A stretch of DNA of 63,972 nucleotides, filler included, from Thermoplasmatota archaeon (lineage in GTDB: Archaea; Thermoplasmatota; E2; JACPAO01; JAHFTW01): the NCBI GenBank assembly GCA_041623215.1. It is 8 parts of 8 records of this genome, joined end to end, with 100 filler letters (N's around TTAATTAATTAA, not from the genome) between each part and the next. Parts side by side here need not be neighbours in the genome. Positions count along the whole stretch, not along the records: positions 1 to 8,536 come from JBFJXH010000071.1; positions 8,637 to 16,991 come from JBFJXH010000072.1; 6 more parts are not named here. The stretch is one strand, 5' to 3'. Positions 1 through 9,323 of this stretch are shown in pieces (the first letter of the stretch is position 1; each line of letters starts with the position of its first letter). The position numbers and the translations under genes are program-made. The notes under the pieces were generated by a model. That model saw only the letters and a list, made by a program, of their open reading frames with translations, was not told where the DNA came from and did not search any database.

Positions 1-72
1 ACGGGCTGGTTTGCAACCTACCACGCCGTGGTTGACTTGCCGGACGTGGAGACCGCTTAGGAGGCAACTACC

Positions 73-1485
73 ATGGCAGGTGCACGTGGCGAATGGAATA
101 GCCGATTCGGCTTCATCATGGCCGCCGTTGGGTCGGCGGTCGGACTTGGCAACCTGGTTCGATTCCCGCGGGAATTGGCCGACAACGGCGGGGCGGCGTT
201 CCTGTTCGTTTACCTCCTTCTCTTGCTCTTCGTGGGCCTTCCCGCCATCCTTGGCGAGATGAGCCTCGGCAAGATGACACAATTGTCCCCGGTCCAGGCG
301 TTCACCAAATTAGGTGGACCGCACGGCAAGAAATGGGCGGTCCTCGGCGTTTTCGGGATGCTGGCAGCCGTCTTCGTGCTCTTCTTCTACACGGTCATGA
401 CCGGGTGGACCCTGCGCTTCTTCTTCGCGACCTTCACCGATGGCTGGTGGGATGACCCCCTCGGCTTCTACGACAAAGTAGCGTACGGCCCCTGGGCCAT
501 TTTCTGGCATGCCGTGGTGGGAGCCGTCGTCATCTACATCGTTGCCCGCGGCGTTGATGCAGGTATCGAGAAGGTGGTGACGATCATGATTCCCGCCTTG
601 TTCGCCATCGTCGGTGGCATTGTCATCTATGCCCTGTTCCAACCCGGCATGGGTGCTGGCTACAAGGAAATCTTCAGCCCGGACTGGGGTGAATTGACGC
701 CCAACAACATCGCGGCCGCCGTTGGCCAGGTGTTCTTCAGCCTCAGCCTCGGCCAAGGTGCCATGCTGACCTATGCGTCGTACATGGGGAAGAAGCAGTC
801 CGTCACCAAAGACGGCACCATCACCGCCTTTGCCGACACGGGCGTCGCCATCTTAGCGGGTATGATGATCTTCCCCGTCTTGGCCTTCACGGGGCTGCTG
901 TATTCCCCTGACATCCAGGCCACCCTGAGTTCCGGCAGCTTTGGCACGGCCTTCATCGCCCTGCCATCGGCCTTCATTGAAATGGGCGCCGTGGTCGGTC
1001 GCATTGTTGGTGGCCTCTTCTTTTTGGGCCTGTTCTTCGCTGCCCTGTCAAGCGCCATCAGCCTGCTCGAGGTGCCCACCAGCGTGCTGGTGGACAACCT
1101 AGGCATCAGCCGCGCCAAGGCGGCTACGATTGCGGGATTGGTCGTGTACACCTTCGGCGTAATCTCGAGCGTGTCGGAAACATGGTTCGTGCTGTTTGAT
1201 GAGATTGCCATCAATTTCTTCATCGTCATTGGCGTTGCCTTCACGACGTTCTTTGCTGGCTGGATTGTCCCGGGCGTTGCCAAAGAGTTGGACAATGGCC
1301 TGCGCAGCCGCATCGGCATCTACTTCGTGTGGCTCATGCGGACCATTACACCGCTCGCCATCGTGTTCGTCTTCATCTTTGGCGGCCTCTACGGCACCAA
1401 TGAAGCTGGCGACATCACGTTCTGGGCCGAAAACGCGGGTTGGCGTGAACTCGGAGCCGAGTTCCGCCATGCCTTCGGCGGCTAG
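73..1485 (+). CDS. Sodium-dependent transporter, NSS/SNF family
   Basis: Signature WNSRFGFIMAAVGSAVGLGNLVRFP...NGGAAF; QVFFSLSLGQG; about 11 hydrophobic helices. Confidence 0.95.
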   Translation: MAGARGEWNSRFGFIMAAVGSAVGLGNLVRFPRELADNGGAAFLFVYLLLLLFVGLPAILGEMSLGKMTQLSPVQAFTKLGGPHGKKWAVLGVFGMLAAVFVLFFYTVMTGWTLRFFFATFTDGWWDDPLGFYDKVAYGPWAIFWHAVVGAVVIYIVARGVDAGIEKVVTIMIPALFAIVGGIVIYALFQPGMGAGYKEIFSPDWGELTPNNIAAAVGQVFFSLSLGQGAMLTYASYMGKKQSVTKDGTITAFADTGVAILAGMMIFPVLAFTGLLYSPDIQATLSSGSFGTAFIALPSAFIEMGAVVGRIVGGLFFLGLFFAALSSAISLLEVPTSVLVDNLGISRAKAATIAGLVVYTFGVISSVSETWFVLFDEIAINFFIVIGVAFTTFFAGWIVPGVAKELDNGLRSRIGIYFVWLMRTITPLAIVFVFIFGGLYGTNEAGDITFWAENAGWRELGAEFRHAFGG

Positions 1486-1657
1486 GCCCCCGGACCGACA
1501 CGGCGGCTCGCCGCGGCACCTCTACCCAGCTAACGCTAGGACAGGTTCGTCAGAGGTTGTGCTGTAACGACAGGCGCCGCCAATCCAAGCCCACCGGGAC
1601 GTGGCGCCACGGCCGACCGGCGTCCGCCGGACCCTAGAGTTGCGTGGTCCGCACGCC

Positions 1658-1813
1658 TTAGTTTCCGCTCAGGAAGCCGCTGAGGAGGAACATACCGATG
1701 ATGACCAAAATTGCCATGACCCCGAACACAATCAACGTGTTGCGGTCGCGGCGCTTCTGATCCTCTTCGCTCAGTTGAGCAGCGGCGTCCTCTTGCCGTT
1801 TGCTGTCGGCCAT
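1658..1813 (-). CDS. Small (51 aa) C-terminally anchored membrane protein, not in the ORF track
   Basis: Manual translation MADSKRQEDAAAQLSEEDQKRRDRNTLIVFGVMAILVIIGMFLLSGFLSGN*; TTAAG box 28 nt upstream. Confidence 0.7.
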   Translation of the reverse strand: MADSKRQEDAAAQLSEEDQKRRDRNTLIVFGVMAILVIIGMFLLSGFLSGN

Positions 1814-1958
1814 GCCGCGGCGACCTTGAGGGCCTTCTTAAGCGCCACGCGCCGCCTGCCGGGGGCGTAAACAGGGGCCGCGTCAGGACCATGTGCCCAA
1901 GCCTTTTCATCACCTTGCCCCTGGGGCCATCAAACAGGCCTTAGAGCCGGGGTGCACC

Positions 1959-3089
1959 ATGAAGGACATCATTCGCGAAGCCGTAGCACGCGCAGAAGAA
2001 GAGAGCCGCGTCACCATGACCGCGGGCGCAAACGGCCACAGGACACAAATCAGCAATGCAGGGGACCAAGAGCTCAACGACATGTTGCATGCTCTTACCA
2101 CCAAAATTACCGTCGTCGGGTGCGGTGGCGCTGGCACAAACACCATCACCCGCTGCACCGACGAAGACCTCGGCGATGTGGCGTTGGTGGCGTGCAACAC
2201 CGATGCGCAACACCTGCTGATGACGAAGGCACCTCACAAGATTCTCATTGGCCGCCACCTGACCCGTGGCCTCGGAGCAGGCAGCTTGCCCCAAGTGGGC
2301 GAAGAAGCAGCCATGGAAACCGAAGAGGACATCCGCCAGGCTGTCGGCGGCGCCGACATGGTCTTCGTGACGTGCGGCCTTGGTGGCGGCACGGGCACCG
2401 GCAGCGCCCCGGTCGTGGCCAAGATGGCTCGCGAAGCGGGCGCCTTGACCATTGCCGTCTGTACGCTCCCCTTCAGCGTAGAGGGCGCAGTCCGCATGGA
2501 AAATGCCGAAGCCGGCCTTGCCCGCCTTCGCGAAGTGTGCGACACCGTCATCGTCATCCCCAACGACAAGCTCTTGGAGATTGCTCCCCGCTTGCCCATG
2601 GCGGCCGCGTTCAAGGTTGCCGACGAACTGTTGATGCGCAGCATCAAGGGCATTACCGAGATGATTACCAAGCCTGGCCTTGTCAACCTCGACTTTGCCG
2701 ACTTGAAGACCATCATGAAGCGTGGCGGCGTCGCCATGATTGGCCTTGGCGAATCCGACGGCGACAACCGCGCCGTCGAAGCGGTGCTCGAAGCACTCAA
2801 TTCGCCGCTGCTGGATATTGACATCACAGACGCCAGCGGCGCTCTTGTGAACGTGGTTGGCGGCAGCGACATGACCTTGTCGGAAGCCGAGCGCGTCGTC
2901 GAGGAAATCTACAGCCGCGTCAACCCGGACGCCCGGATTATCTGGGGTACCAGCGTTGACCCAACCTTGGACCGTACCATTCGCGCCATGCTCGTCATCA
3001 CGGGCGTCAAGAGCCGACAAATTCTGGGCCCGCAGGCAGCTGGCCGCAAGTCCAGGGAGCAAGAAACCGGCATCGACTTCGTGCTCTAA
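1959..3089 (+). CDS. ftsZ: Cell division protein FtsZ (archaeal FtsZ1-like)
   Basis: [24 protein letters not shown] tubulin signature, NLDFAD; start moved to the ATG of [10 protein letters not shown]-terminal IDFVL. Confidence 0.97.
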   Translation: MKDIIREAVARAEEESRVTMTAGANGHRTQISNAGDQELNDMLHALTTKITVVGCGGAGTNTITRCTDEDLGDVALVACNTDAQHLLMTKAPHKILIGRHLTRGLGAGSLPQVGEEAAMETEEDIRQAVGGADMVFVTCGLGGGTGTGSAPVVAKMAREAGALTIAVCTLPFSVEGAVRMENAEAGLARLREVCDTVIVIPNDKLLEIAPRLPMAAAFKVADELLMRSIKGITEMITKPGLVNLDFADLKTIMKRGGVAMIGLGESDGDNRAVEAVLEALNSPLLDIDITDASGALVNVVGGSDMTLSEAERVVEEIYSRVNPDARIIWGTSVDPTLDRTIRAMLVITGVKSRQILGPQAAGRKSREQETGIDFVL

Positions 3090-3217
3090 GCGACACGAGC
3101 CTGCATCCCGACCTGGACCAGAAACCGTTGTGCGAGCCGCTAGGCCCAGATTCGCAGAGGCAATTACCGGCGCGAAGCGCCACAATCGTTAAGCCTCTGA
3201 ATTTGACACGCGCAATC

Positions 3218-4534
3218 ATGTCTGCGAACCGCATCCTTCTCCTGTGCCTAGCGGCAATTGCGCTTCTGGCCATGCCGGGCGCAGCCGCTCAGCAGGTGGG
3301 GATTCAGAACCCCAACCAGTCCACGCCGGTTACCTTGTACATGCACCTGGATGGCATCCAGGATTTCCCCATTAACACCCAGCCGCCCGACGACCGTTAC
3401 CAGACCTCGGAGGCTTTCGGTAGCGCCACAAACAGTTTGGGCTGCGTGCCGGAAGTCCCCGGCGCCAACGTGGCGAGCAAGGAATGGCACACCTACTACG
3501 GCTATTCAACACCGGGGTACGTCGAGTACGACTTCGAGGAGGAAGGCGGGCCGCGCTACCACAAGGAGCGCGGCATCAGCTTCGATGTGGAACTGGATAC
3601 GGGATCGCCGTTCATGCTCTATTGGTATCTCGAGACCCAGGCGGTAAGCGGCGAGGCCGGTGCCGCCGACCCCAACACGGTGCCGGTTGTGGTTCCCAAC
3701 GTGGTGGTTCGAGCCACGATGCGGACGGGCGATGACGTCGGTGTCGGCGACGCCGCGTTCAACTCGGGCAGTATCATTGCCCAAGGTCAAACGGAACCCA
3801 TCACCCTGTCGCCCGAAGCGAGCAACCACGTGGCCGTGGGAGAACACCACGCCTACGAATTCGCCGTGCCCATGGCGTTCTCGATGGACCGAATTACCCG
3901 GGATGAGGCGTTCAACATTCGCATCGATGTGTACATGGACAACCCTGCCTGCGACGACCCGGATGCAGGCTACATCATGCCGAACACGGTTCGCCTGCAC
4001 ACGAGTCCTGAATTGCGGCCCCGCATGGACTTCGCAATCATGAACCCCATCGTCATCAATTACATTCATCCGCAATTCGTCGGCGATGAATTGGTCATCC
4101 ATACGGAGATGAACAGCCCTTGGGGCAACTACGACGTGGACGAAGAAGGCGATGGAATTCTGGTTTCCGTGGAAGGCCCCAGCAATGCCGCGAGCCTGGC
4201 CAGGGCAGCCTTCGTGCAACGCCACCATGAGCACTTCTTCCACCAAGAGCCCGTCGCCGTGACTTACCTATGGCCCTACCTCAACGACGGCGCAAAGGAC
4301 GGCACCTACACGGTCAAAGTGGAGGCGTGGAACGACCAGCGGACGGCCAAGGCGGTCGGCGTGGCTGGTTTCGACATTGGCCGCAATGTCGGCATTGCGG
4401 ACGATGGCTCCGAGGTTGAATCCATCAACACGGGCCCGTCCGAGAAGGAGAGCCCCGGTGTGGCGCCTATCATGGCGGCCATAGCGCTTGTTGGCGCGGC
4501 CGCCTTCGTGGCCCGCGGGAGGCGGCACGAATGA
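3218..4534 (+). CDS. Secreted surface protein with PGF-CTERM-like sorting signal (ESPGV-TM-RGRR)
   Basis: Signal peptide MSANRILLLCLAAIALLAMPGAAA; tripartite C-terminus; TTAAG 29 nt upstream of ATG 3218. Confidence 0.85.
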   Translation: MSANRILLLCLAAIALLAMPGAAAQQVGIQNPNQSTPVTLYMHLDGIQDFPINTQPPDDRYQTSEAFGSATNSLGCVPEVPGANVASKEWHTYYGYSTPGYVEYDFEEEGGPRYHKERGISFDVELDTGSPFMLYWYLETQAVSGEAGAADPNTVPVVVPNVVVRATMRTGDDVGVGDAAFNSGSIIAQGQTEPITLSPEASNHVAVGEHHAYEFAVPMAFSMDRITRDEAFNIRIDVYMDNPACDDPDAGYIMPNTVRLHTSPELRPRMDFAIMNPIVINYIHPQFVGDELVIHTEMNSPWGNYDVDEEGDGILVSVEGPSNAASLARAAFVQRHHEHFFHQEPVAVTYLWPYLNDGAKDGTYTVKVEAWNDQRTAKAVGVAGFDIGRNVGIADDGSEVESINTGPSEKESPGVAPIMAAIALVGAAAFVARGRRHE

Positions 4535-5493
4535 ATTCCATGCCGCGCGCCCTACTGGGCGTCCTCCTCTTGGCCACCGCCGCGCTGGCCGGCTGCGCGG
4601 ACGACGCGCCCGTAGAGGAAAGGGATGACGATCCCGATTTGGAAGGCCTAGAATTAGCCGCTGACGATGGCCTAGGAGTCATCCGGGGCGTCGTCGTTGA
4701 TGCGGCCATTCGACCGCTATCCGGCGTTTCCATCAGCGTTGTGGTGAATGCCGACGATGCCACGACGTTTAGCAACGAGGCGGGTGCCTTCGGCTTTAGC
4801 AACGTGCCGCCCGGCCAATACGTCATCGAGGCCTCCAAGGCAGGCTACTTCGCTGGCCAAGCGACGGCCAGTGTGGTCGCCGGCGACGAGCGGCCGCCCG
4901 CCGTGAAGATTCAACTGGACGTGGATGCCAGCACCACCCCCTACGTGCAGCCGGAGACCTACACGGGCTTCATTGAGTGCACGACGAGCCAGTTGGTCGT
5001 GTGTGGAGCACCTAACCTGGTCAGCGGCCTCGTCTGCGACAATGACGGGCCGTGCCTGGGCGAAATCACGAAGGACCGATACACTCCGACTATCGACTTC
5101 GACCACAACGCGACGCTCATTCAGACTGAAATGGTGTGGGAATCGAGCCAAGCCTTCAGCCCCGACTTGTTCTTGCAGCAAGAGGCTTTGGAGTCCGGTT
5201 GTGAGGGAAATCGCACCTTACTGCTCAACGCAAAGGGCCCCTCGCCAATCCTGGCCCCGGTCCCAGGTGACATTCTTGCCGATGCTGGAATTGGCGGCGA
5301 AGCGTGTGGCATCTACTACTCCGTCTTTAGCGGCGGCGTCACTCAAACGCCGGATTTGCCTCCCTACGGGCCCCTTGACATTGGATTTACCGTTCAGCAG
5401 GACTTCCAATTATTCATCCATGCATTCTACCATTTCTTGCCCGACGAAGGCTGGCGCTTCACCGAACACGGTGAACCACGCATCCCCAGCTAA
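4531..5493 (+). CDS. Lipoprotein with carboxypeptidase-regulatory-like domain
   Basis: Lipobox LAGC; GVIRGVVVD...PLSGVSI...GAFGFSNVPPGQY...ASKAGY; ATGA overlap with upstream gene. Confidence 0.85.
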   Translation: MNSMPRALLGVLLLATAALAGCADDAPVEERDDDPDLEGLELAADDGLGVIRGVVVDAAIRPLSGVSISVVVNADDATTFSNEAGAFGFSNVPPGQYVIEASKAGYFAGQATASVVAGDERPPAVKIQLDVDASTTPYVQPETYTGFIECTTSQLVVCGAPNLVSGLVCDNDGPCLGEITKDRYTPTIDFDHNATLIQTEMVWESSQAFSPDLFLQQEALESGCEGNRTLLLNAKGPSPILAPVPGDILADAGIGGEACGIYYSVFSGGVTQTPDLPPYGPLDIGFTVQQDFQLFIHAFYHFLPDEGWRFTEHGEPRIPS

Positions 5494-5519
5494 GCCAGGC
5501 ACACGTCGACCATTGCGCT

Positions 5520-7010
5520 CTATCCCTTGACGACACACAGTGGCCGTAGGCGCGCCACCCGGTGGGCAAGGCCAGCCGTTTCCACAGCGTGGACCACTTG
5601 GCTGACATCTTTGTAGGCTTCCGGGGCCTCCTCGGCCGCCACGTTGTCGCTGGCGGCTCGAACCAGAATGCCCCGGGAAGCAAGCTCCGCGATGAGATCC
5701 GCACCGTCCCACTGTTTCTTGGCAGCCGTGCGACTCAAGCGGCGGCCGGCTCCGTGGCAACACGAGCCGAAGGTTTGGTCCATGGCCCCGGCGTCCGCTG
5801 CCAGCAAGAAGGACTGTCGTCCCATATCCCCTGGCACGACCACCGGCTGGCCAATGGTGGCCAAGTCGTGGGGCAATGCCGCGTGGCCGGGCCCAAACGC
5901 GCGCGTGGCGCCTTTGCGATGGACGAGCAGTCGGCGCACGGAGGCGTCATCCGGGTCCTGCGTGGGCGACCGGTGGTGCTCCCATTTGGCAATGTTGTGG
6001 CAGACATCCCACACCACGCGGACCCCGGGCCCTTCGTCCGGGGAGCCGCCGAACAAGTCGGCCAACACACTGCGCGTGTGAGCGGTGGCAATGCTGCGGT
6101 TCACGAAGGCAAAGTTGGCCGCCGCATTCATGGCACCGAGGTACAGGTTCGCTTCTTCGGAATCGAGCGGGGCGCATGCTAGCTGGCGGTCTACTAGGTC
6201 AATGTTGTAGCGCTTGCTGGCGCCTTGTAGGGCACCCACATGGTCTTGGCAAACTTGGTGCCCGAGGCCTCGACTCCCGGTGTGAATCATGATGACTACT
6301 TGGCCGTCGTGGACGCCAAACGCCTTGGCCGCCGCCTCATCCCACGTGCTATCGACCTGTTGAACCTCCAGGAAGTGATTGCCTGAGCCAAGGCTTCCAA
6401 GCGTACGCCGCCCCCGGGTTCGGGCTCGCTGGGAGACGGCCTCGGGTTGCGCGCCCTCGAGGCAACCGCCCTCTTCCATGCGAGCCACATCGGCCGGCTT
6501 CGCATAGCCCTCCTGCACGGCCCATGACGCTCCCTGCACCATGACCTCGTCCAATTCTTCCTCGGTGGTGCCGGTGCCACCGCGCTTGCCCATGCCGCAG
6601 GGGACGCGCGCAAACAAGGCGTCGGCTAATTCGGCTAGCCGGGGGCGAACCTCGTCAACCTGTAGATCGGTCGCCAGCAATCGCACGCCACAATTGATGT
6701 CAAAGCCAACGCCCCCGGGACTCACGACACCGCCTTCGGCCGGGTCGAACGCGGCCACGCCACCGATGGGAAATCCATAGCCCCAATGTACGTCCGGCAT
6801 AGCGAGGCTCGCGCCCACGATGCCCGGCAACGTTGCCACGTTGGCCACCTGCTCAGGGGCCAGGTCGTCGGCAATGTGTGGCAAAAGGCCCTCGTCCGCC
6901 ACGATGCGTCCCGGGACGCGCATGGCTAGATTACCATCTCGCCCCCGGTAGGTGCTCGGGATTTCATGGATGCCGGGCGCCACCTCATTGAGGGTTCCTT
7001 GCCAGCTCAC
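5520..7010 (-). CDS. rtcB: RNA ligase RtcB (tRNA-splicing ligase)
   Basis: MPDVHWGYGFPIGGV, GFDINCG, GSGNHFLE, HTGSRG, HRKGAT, HGAGR; likely GTG start (VSWQG). Confidence 0.97.
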   Translation of the reverse strand: MSWQGTLNEVAPGIHEIPSTYRGRDGNLAMRVPGRIVADEGLLPHIADDLAPEQVANVATLPGIVGASLAMPDVHWGYGFPIGGVAAFDPAEGGVVSPGGVGFDINCGVRLLATDLQVDEVRPRLAELADALFARVPCGMGKRGGTGTTEEELDEVMVQGASWAVQEGYAKPADVARMEEGGCLEGAQPEAVSQRARTRGRRTLGSLGSGNHFLEVQQVDSTWDEAAAKAFGVHDGQVVIMIHTGSRGLGHQVCQDHVGALQGASKRYNIDLVDRQLACAPLDSEEANLYLGAMNAAANFAFVNRSIATAHTRSVLADLFGGSPDEGPGVRVVWDVCHNIAKWEHHRSPTQDPDDASVRRLLVHRKGATRAFGPGHAALPHDLATIGQPVVVPGDMGRQSFLLAADAGAMDQTFGSCCHGAGRRLSRTAAKKQWDGADLIAELASRGILVRAASDNVAAEEAPEAYKDVSQVVHAVETAGLAHRVARLRPLCVVKG

Positions 7011-7033
7011 GGGTCGGACCACGCACGGGGGCG

Positions 7034-7468
7034 TCAAATATCCAGCAGCACCCGCAAGTGCCATTTGCCATCCACCCCGCGGCGACCGCTCTCCACATCA
7101 TGGTAAGTAACTGCCTTGACCTCAACCCCCGCACCGTGGCCAGTGGGGTCCCAAGTGACGGCATTGCCCCGCGCAGTCGCCCGAATCCCACCGGGTCCGT
7201 CGCTAATGACCACACCTCCTCCTTGCCACAGTAAGTCGCTCGACTGCTGTAGCCAAACCAGCTCAGCTAGCCATGCCACCGCCAAGGACTCATGGTCAGG
7301 CGCCTCCACGAAGAAAGCAACTTCGTCGCTTGCGCGTCCGAGGCGTCCCGTGGGGTGGTCCGTCAATAGCGCCGTCAATGCCAGGCCCGCTTGCGCCAAC
7401 GCCACCGCTTCGTCCGGGGCAGTCACCTCAATGGCGACATCGGCCGTATGCGGGGCAAGCCTGAACAC
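7034..7468 (-). CDS. Archease
   Basis: HTADVAI N-terminal motif, EVKAVTYH, C-terminal LLDI; directly upstream of rtcB. Confidence 0.93.
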   Translation of the reverse strand: MFRLAPHTADVAIEVTAPDEAVALAQAGLALTALLTDHPTGRLGRASDEVAFFVEAPDHESLAVAWLAELVWLQQSSDLLWQGGGVVISDGPGGIRATARGNAVTWDPTGHGAGVEVKAVTYHDVESGRRGVDGKWHLRVLLDI

Positions 7469-7469
7469 A

Positions 7470-8297
7470 TCACCACCAAGCCAGCGCTGCGCTTGGGTCT
7501 TCCGCCGACATCATGATAGCGGCCGAGAAGGCTGCCAAATCGAACAAGGTGTGCGCGACAATAGCGCCCCAGAGACTGCCGGTGCGGCGGACCAAGTAGC
7601 CAAAGAACAGGGCCAACAGAGCCGGCACAGCCACCTGCAGGATGGTTCCATAGCCAATATGCGCGAGTCCAAACACGGCCGCTTGTCCAAAGACGCCAAG
7701 TCGTCGCATCAAGATGCCCCGAAAGAGAATCTCCTCGCCGACGCCCGCAGCCAAGCTCATCACAATCGCCAAGGGCCACGTAATCTCGGATGTAAGAGCA
7801 TCAAGAGCAGGATTGTCGGTGGAGCCTCCGAGCGCCTCGTAGCCCAAAGCAAAAGCCGCCGTCGCTCCGAGAAGCGCAACCGTCCACAACACGCCGTAGG
7901 CGGCGTGCGGCCAGAAGCGCCGCAGCAGAAGGTAGTCCCAGGCGCCCTGCCACCCGCCAACGCGCGTGCCAACGGCCCACGCAAACGGAATGACCGCAAA
8001 AAGGAGGATGGAGAGCGCCGCCTGAGCCCACAGAAGCTCCACCCCGACGGCTACCGATTCGTCTGCCTCCGGCAGGTTTCCACCGAGGCCTGCTAGAATT
8101 CCTGCCCCGACCAAGCCGATGGCAAGAAACGCCAAATCCAGGCCCAACAGCACGTCCCAGCCGCGTCCCCCGACTCGCCGAGCCGCGCCGGGCGGGTCGC
8201 CGTCGGTGACAGGCGCAGCAGTGGCTTGAACCGGCGGCGTGCCAGGGAAGCTCGCTGAGCTAGCCCCTCGCGGGGGGCGCCATTCGCGCACGTTCAA
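7470..8297 (-). CDS. CPBP (CAAX protease/Abi) family intramembrane metalloprotease; start uncertain
   Basis: EEILFRG, FGLAH, AHTLFD motifs; several TM helices. Confidence 0.9.
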   Translation of the reverse strand: MNVREWRPPRGASSASFPGTPPVQATAAPVTDGDPPGAARRVGGRGWDVLLGLDLAFLAIGLVGAGILAGLGGNLPEADESVAVGVELLWAQAALSILLFAVIPFAWAVGTRVGGWQGAWDYLLLRRFWPHAAYGVLWTVALLGATAAFALGYEALGGSTDNPALDALTSEITWPLAIVMSLAAGVGEEILFRGILMRRLGVFGQAAVFGLAHIGYGTILQVAVPALLALFFGYLVRRTGSLWGAIVAHTLFDLAAFSAAIMMSAEDPSAALAWW

Positions 8298-8536
8298 CCC
8301 CACCGGTGCCAGGCGGGGTGACCTTCCTCGACGGCCACAAATGTGCCCGTGCAGGTGGCGGTAATCTTGCGGCCGCGGGGGGTATCGGCCCAGATTTCAG
8401 CGCGCACCTTGCAAAGGCGGTCGCCGTCGCCGGACGGGGACTCGGCCCATGCCTTGACGGTGAGTTCTTCACCGGCAGGCGTTGGCGCACGCAGCTTGAC
8501 GTGAAAGTCCGCCGTGACCGTACACATCGCTTCGCC
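8294..8536 (-). CDS. PaaI/hotdog-fold thioesterase, 5'-truncated by contig end
   Basis: CTVTADFHVKLRAPTP...ATCTGTFVAV...HPAWHRW pattern. Confidence 0.7.
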   Translation of the reverse strand, partial: GEAMCTVTADFHVKLRAPTPAGEELTVKAWAESPSGDGDRLCKVRAEIWADTPRGRKITATCTGTFVAVEEGHPAWHRWG

Positions 8537-8636
8537 NNNNNNNNNNNNNNNNNNNNNNNNNNNNNNNNNNNNNNNNNNNNTTAATTAATTAANNNNNNNN
8601 NNNNNNNNNNNNNNNNNNNNNNNNNNNNNNNNNNNN
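8537..8636. other. Artificial contig linker
   Basis: N44-TTAATTAATTAA-N44, with stops in all frames. Confidence 0.99.
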
Positions 8637-8706
8637 GAATTGCCAGGCTTACTTAGGCAACCTAGTCACAAATGCCGACAATCAAACAGTTTCACAATGG
8701 ACCTGT

Positions 8707-9252
8707 TCAGGCCAGAATTTGCAAATGGCCGCCGCTGGCAACGGCGAGTTCGAATTGCTGGAGGTCACCCTGGCCCGGGCCTGCTAGCTGTTGGCCTGTG
8801 CGAGCGTCCCATCGCCCCCAGTCGCACGGGTCAACCAATACGTGGTCGGGTTGCGGCAATTCGTTTGGAAGTTCGTAGCCAGCTATCAACACGCAGCCTC
8901 GGAGATTTGATTGTCCGTTGAATGCAACGATGATCCACCCTTCTTCGGGGGCGGGAATCGCCTGCTTGGCCACTTGCGTGGATACGCTGCTTTCGGGAAG
9001 CCTCACCAGCACTAGTACTGGCGTGCTGGATGTGGCTCCGTAGGTGAAATGATGGGAGTCGCGGCCGAAATCCTGCAACGTTAGAGGCTGGTCCTCAGCG
9101 GTGGGTCCGGCGCGGTACCTGAACCCGTCGGCGTCGGTTGCATAAATGGTCCACTCGGGCTCGTCGTGGGGGCTCGGTGGAAAGGTAGCCCACACAGCGA
9201 GCAGGGTCAATGTGGCAACGGCCAGCAAGGTGCCGGCGGTGCGGACGTTCAT
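8707..9252 (-). CDS. Membrane-anchored Rieske-like protein lacking Fe-S ligands
   Basis: N-terminal hydrophobic helix; AFNGQSNLRGC and LVDPCDWGRWD...TG...GP align to Rieske boxes. Confidence 0.6.
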   Translation of the reverse strand: MNVRTAGTLLAVATLTLLAVWATFPPSPHDEPEWTIYATDADGFRYRAGPTAEDQPLTLQDFGRDSHHFTYGATSSTPVLVLVRLPESSVSTQVAKQAIPAPEEGWIIVAFNGQSNLRGCVLIAGYELPNELPQPDHVLVDPCDWGRWDARTGQQLAGPGQGDLQQFELAVASGGHLQILA

Positions 9253-9323
9253 ATCTAGCACTCAACCGGGGCCATCATAAGTTTCACCATCACCCTTTCA
9301 AGGATGCCCGGGTCGCCCCTCCC

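Noticed and set aside
1486..1657. Hairpin-rich gap with CTGACGA and GAACCTG on the minus strand (hammerhead- or TPP-riboswitch-like)
   Set aside because: No GAAA core for a hammerhead and no CTGAGA for TPP; it lies between convergent stops in GC-rich DNA
1941..3185. Long antisense and alternate-frame ORFs (this one, also 36595-38010 and 59713-61236)
   Set aside because: Shadow frames of well-supported genes in GC-rich DNA, with no recognisable motifs
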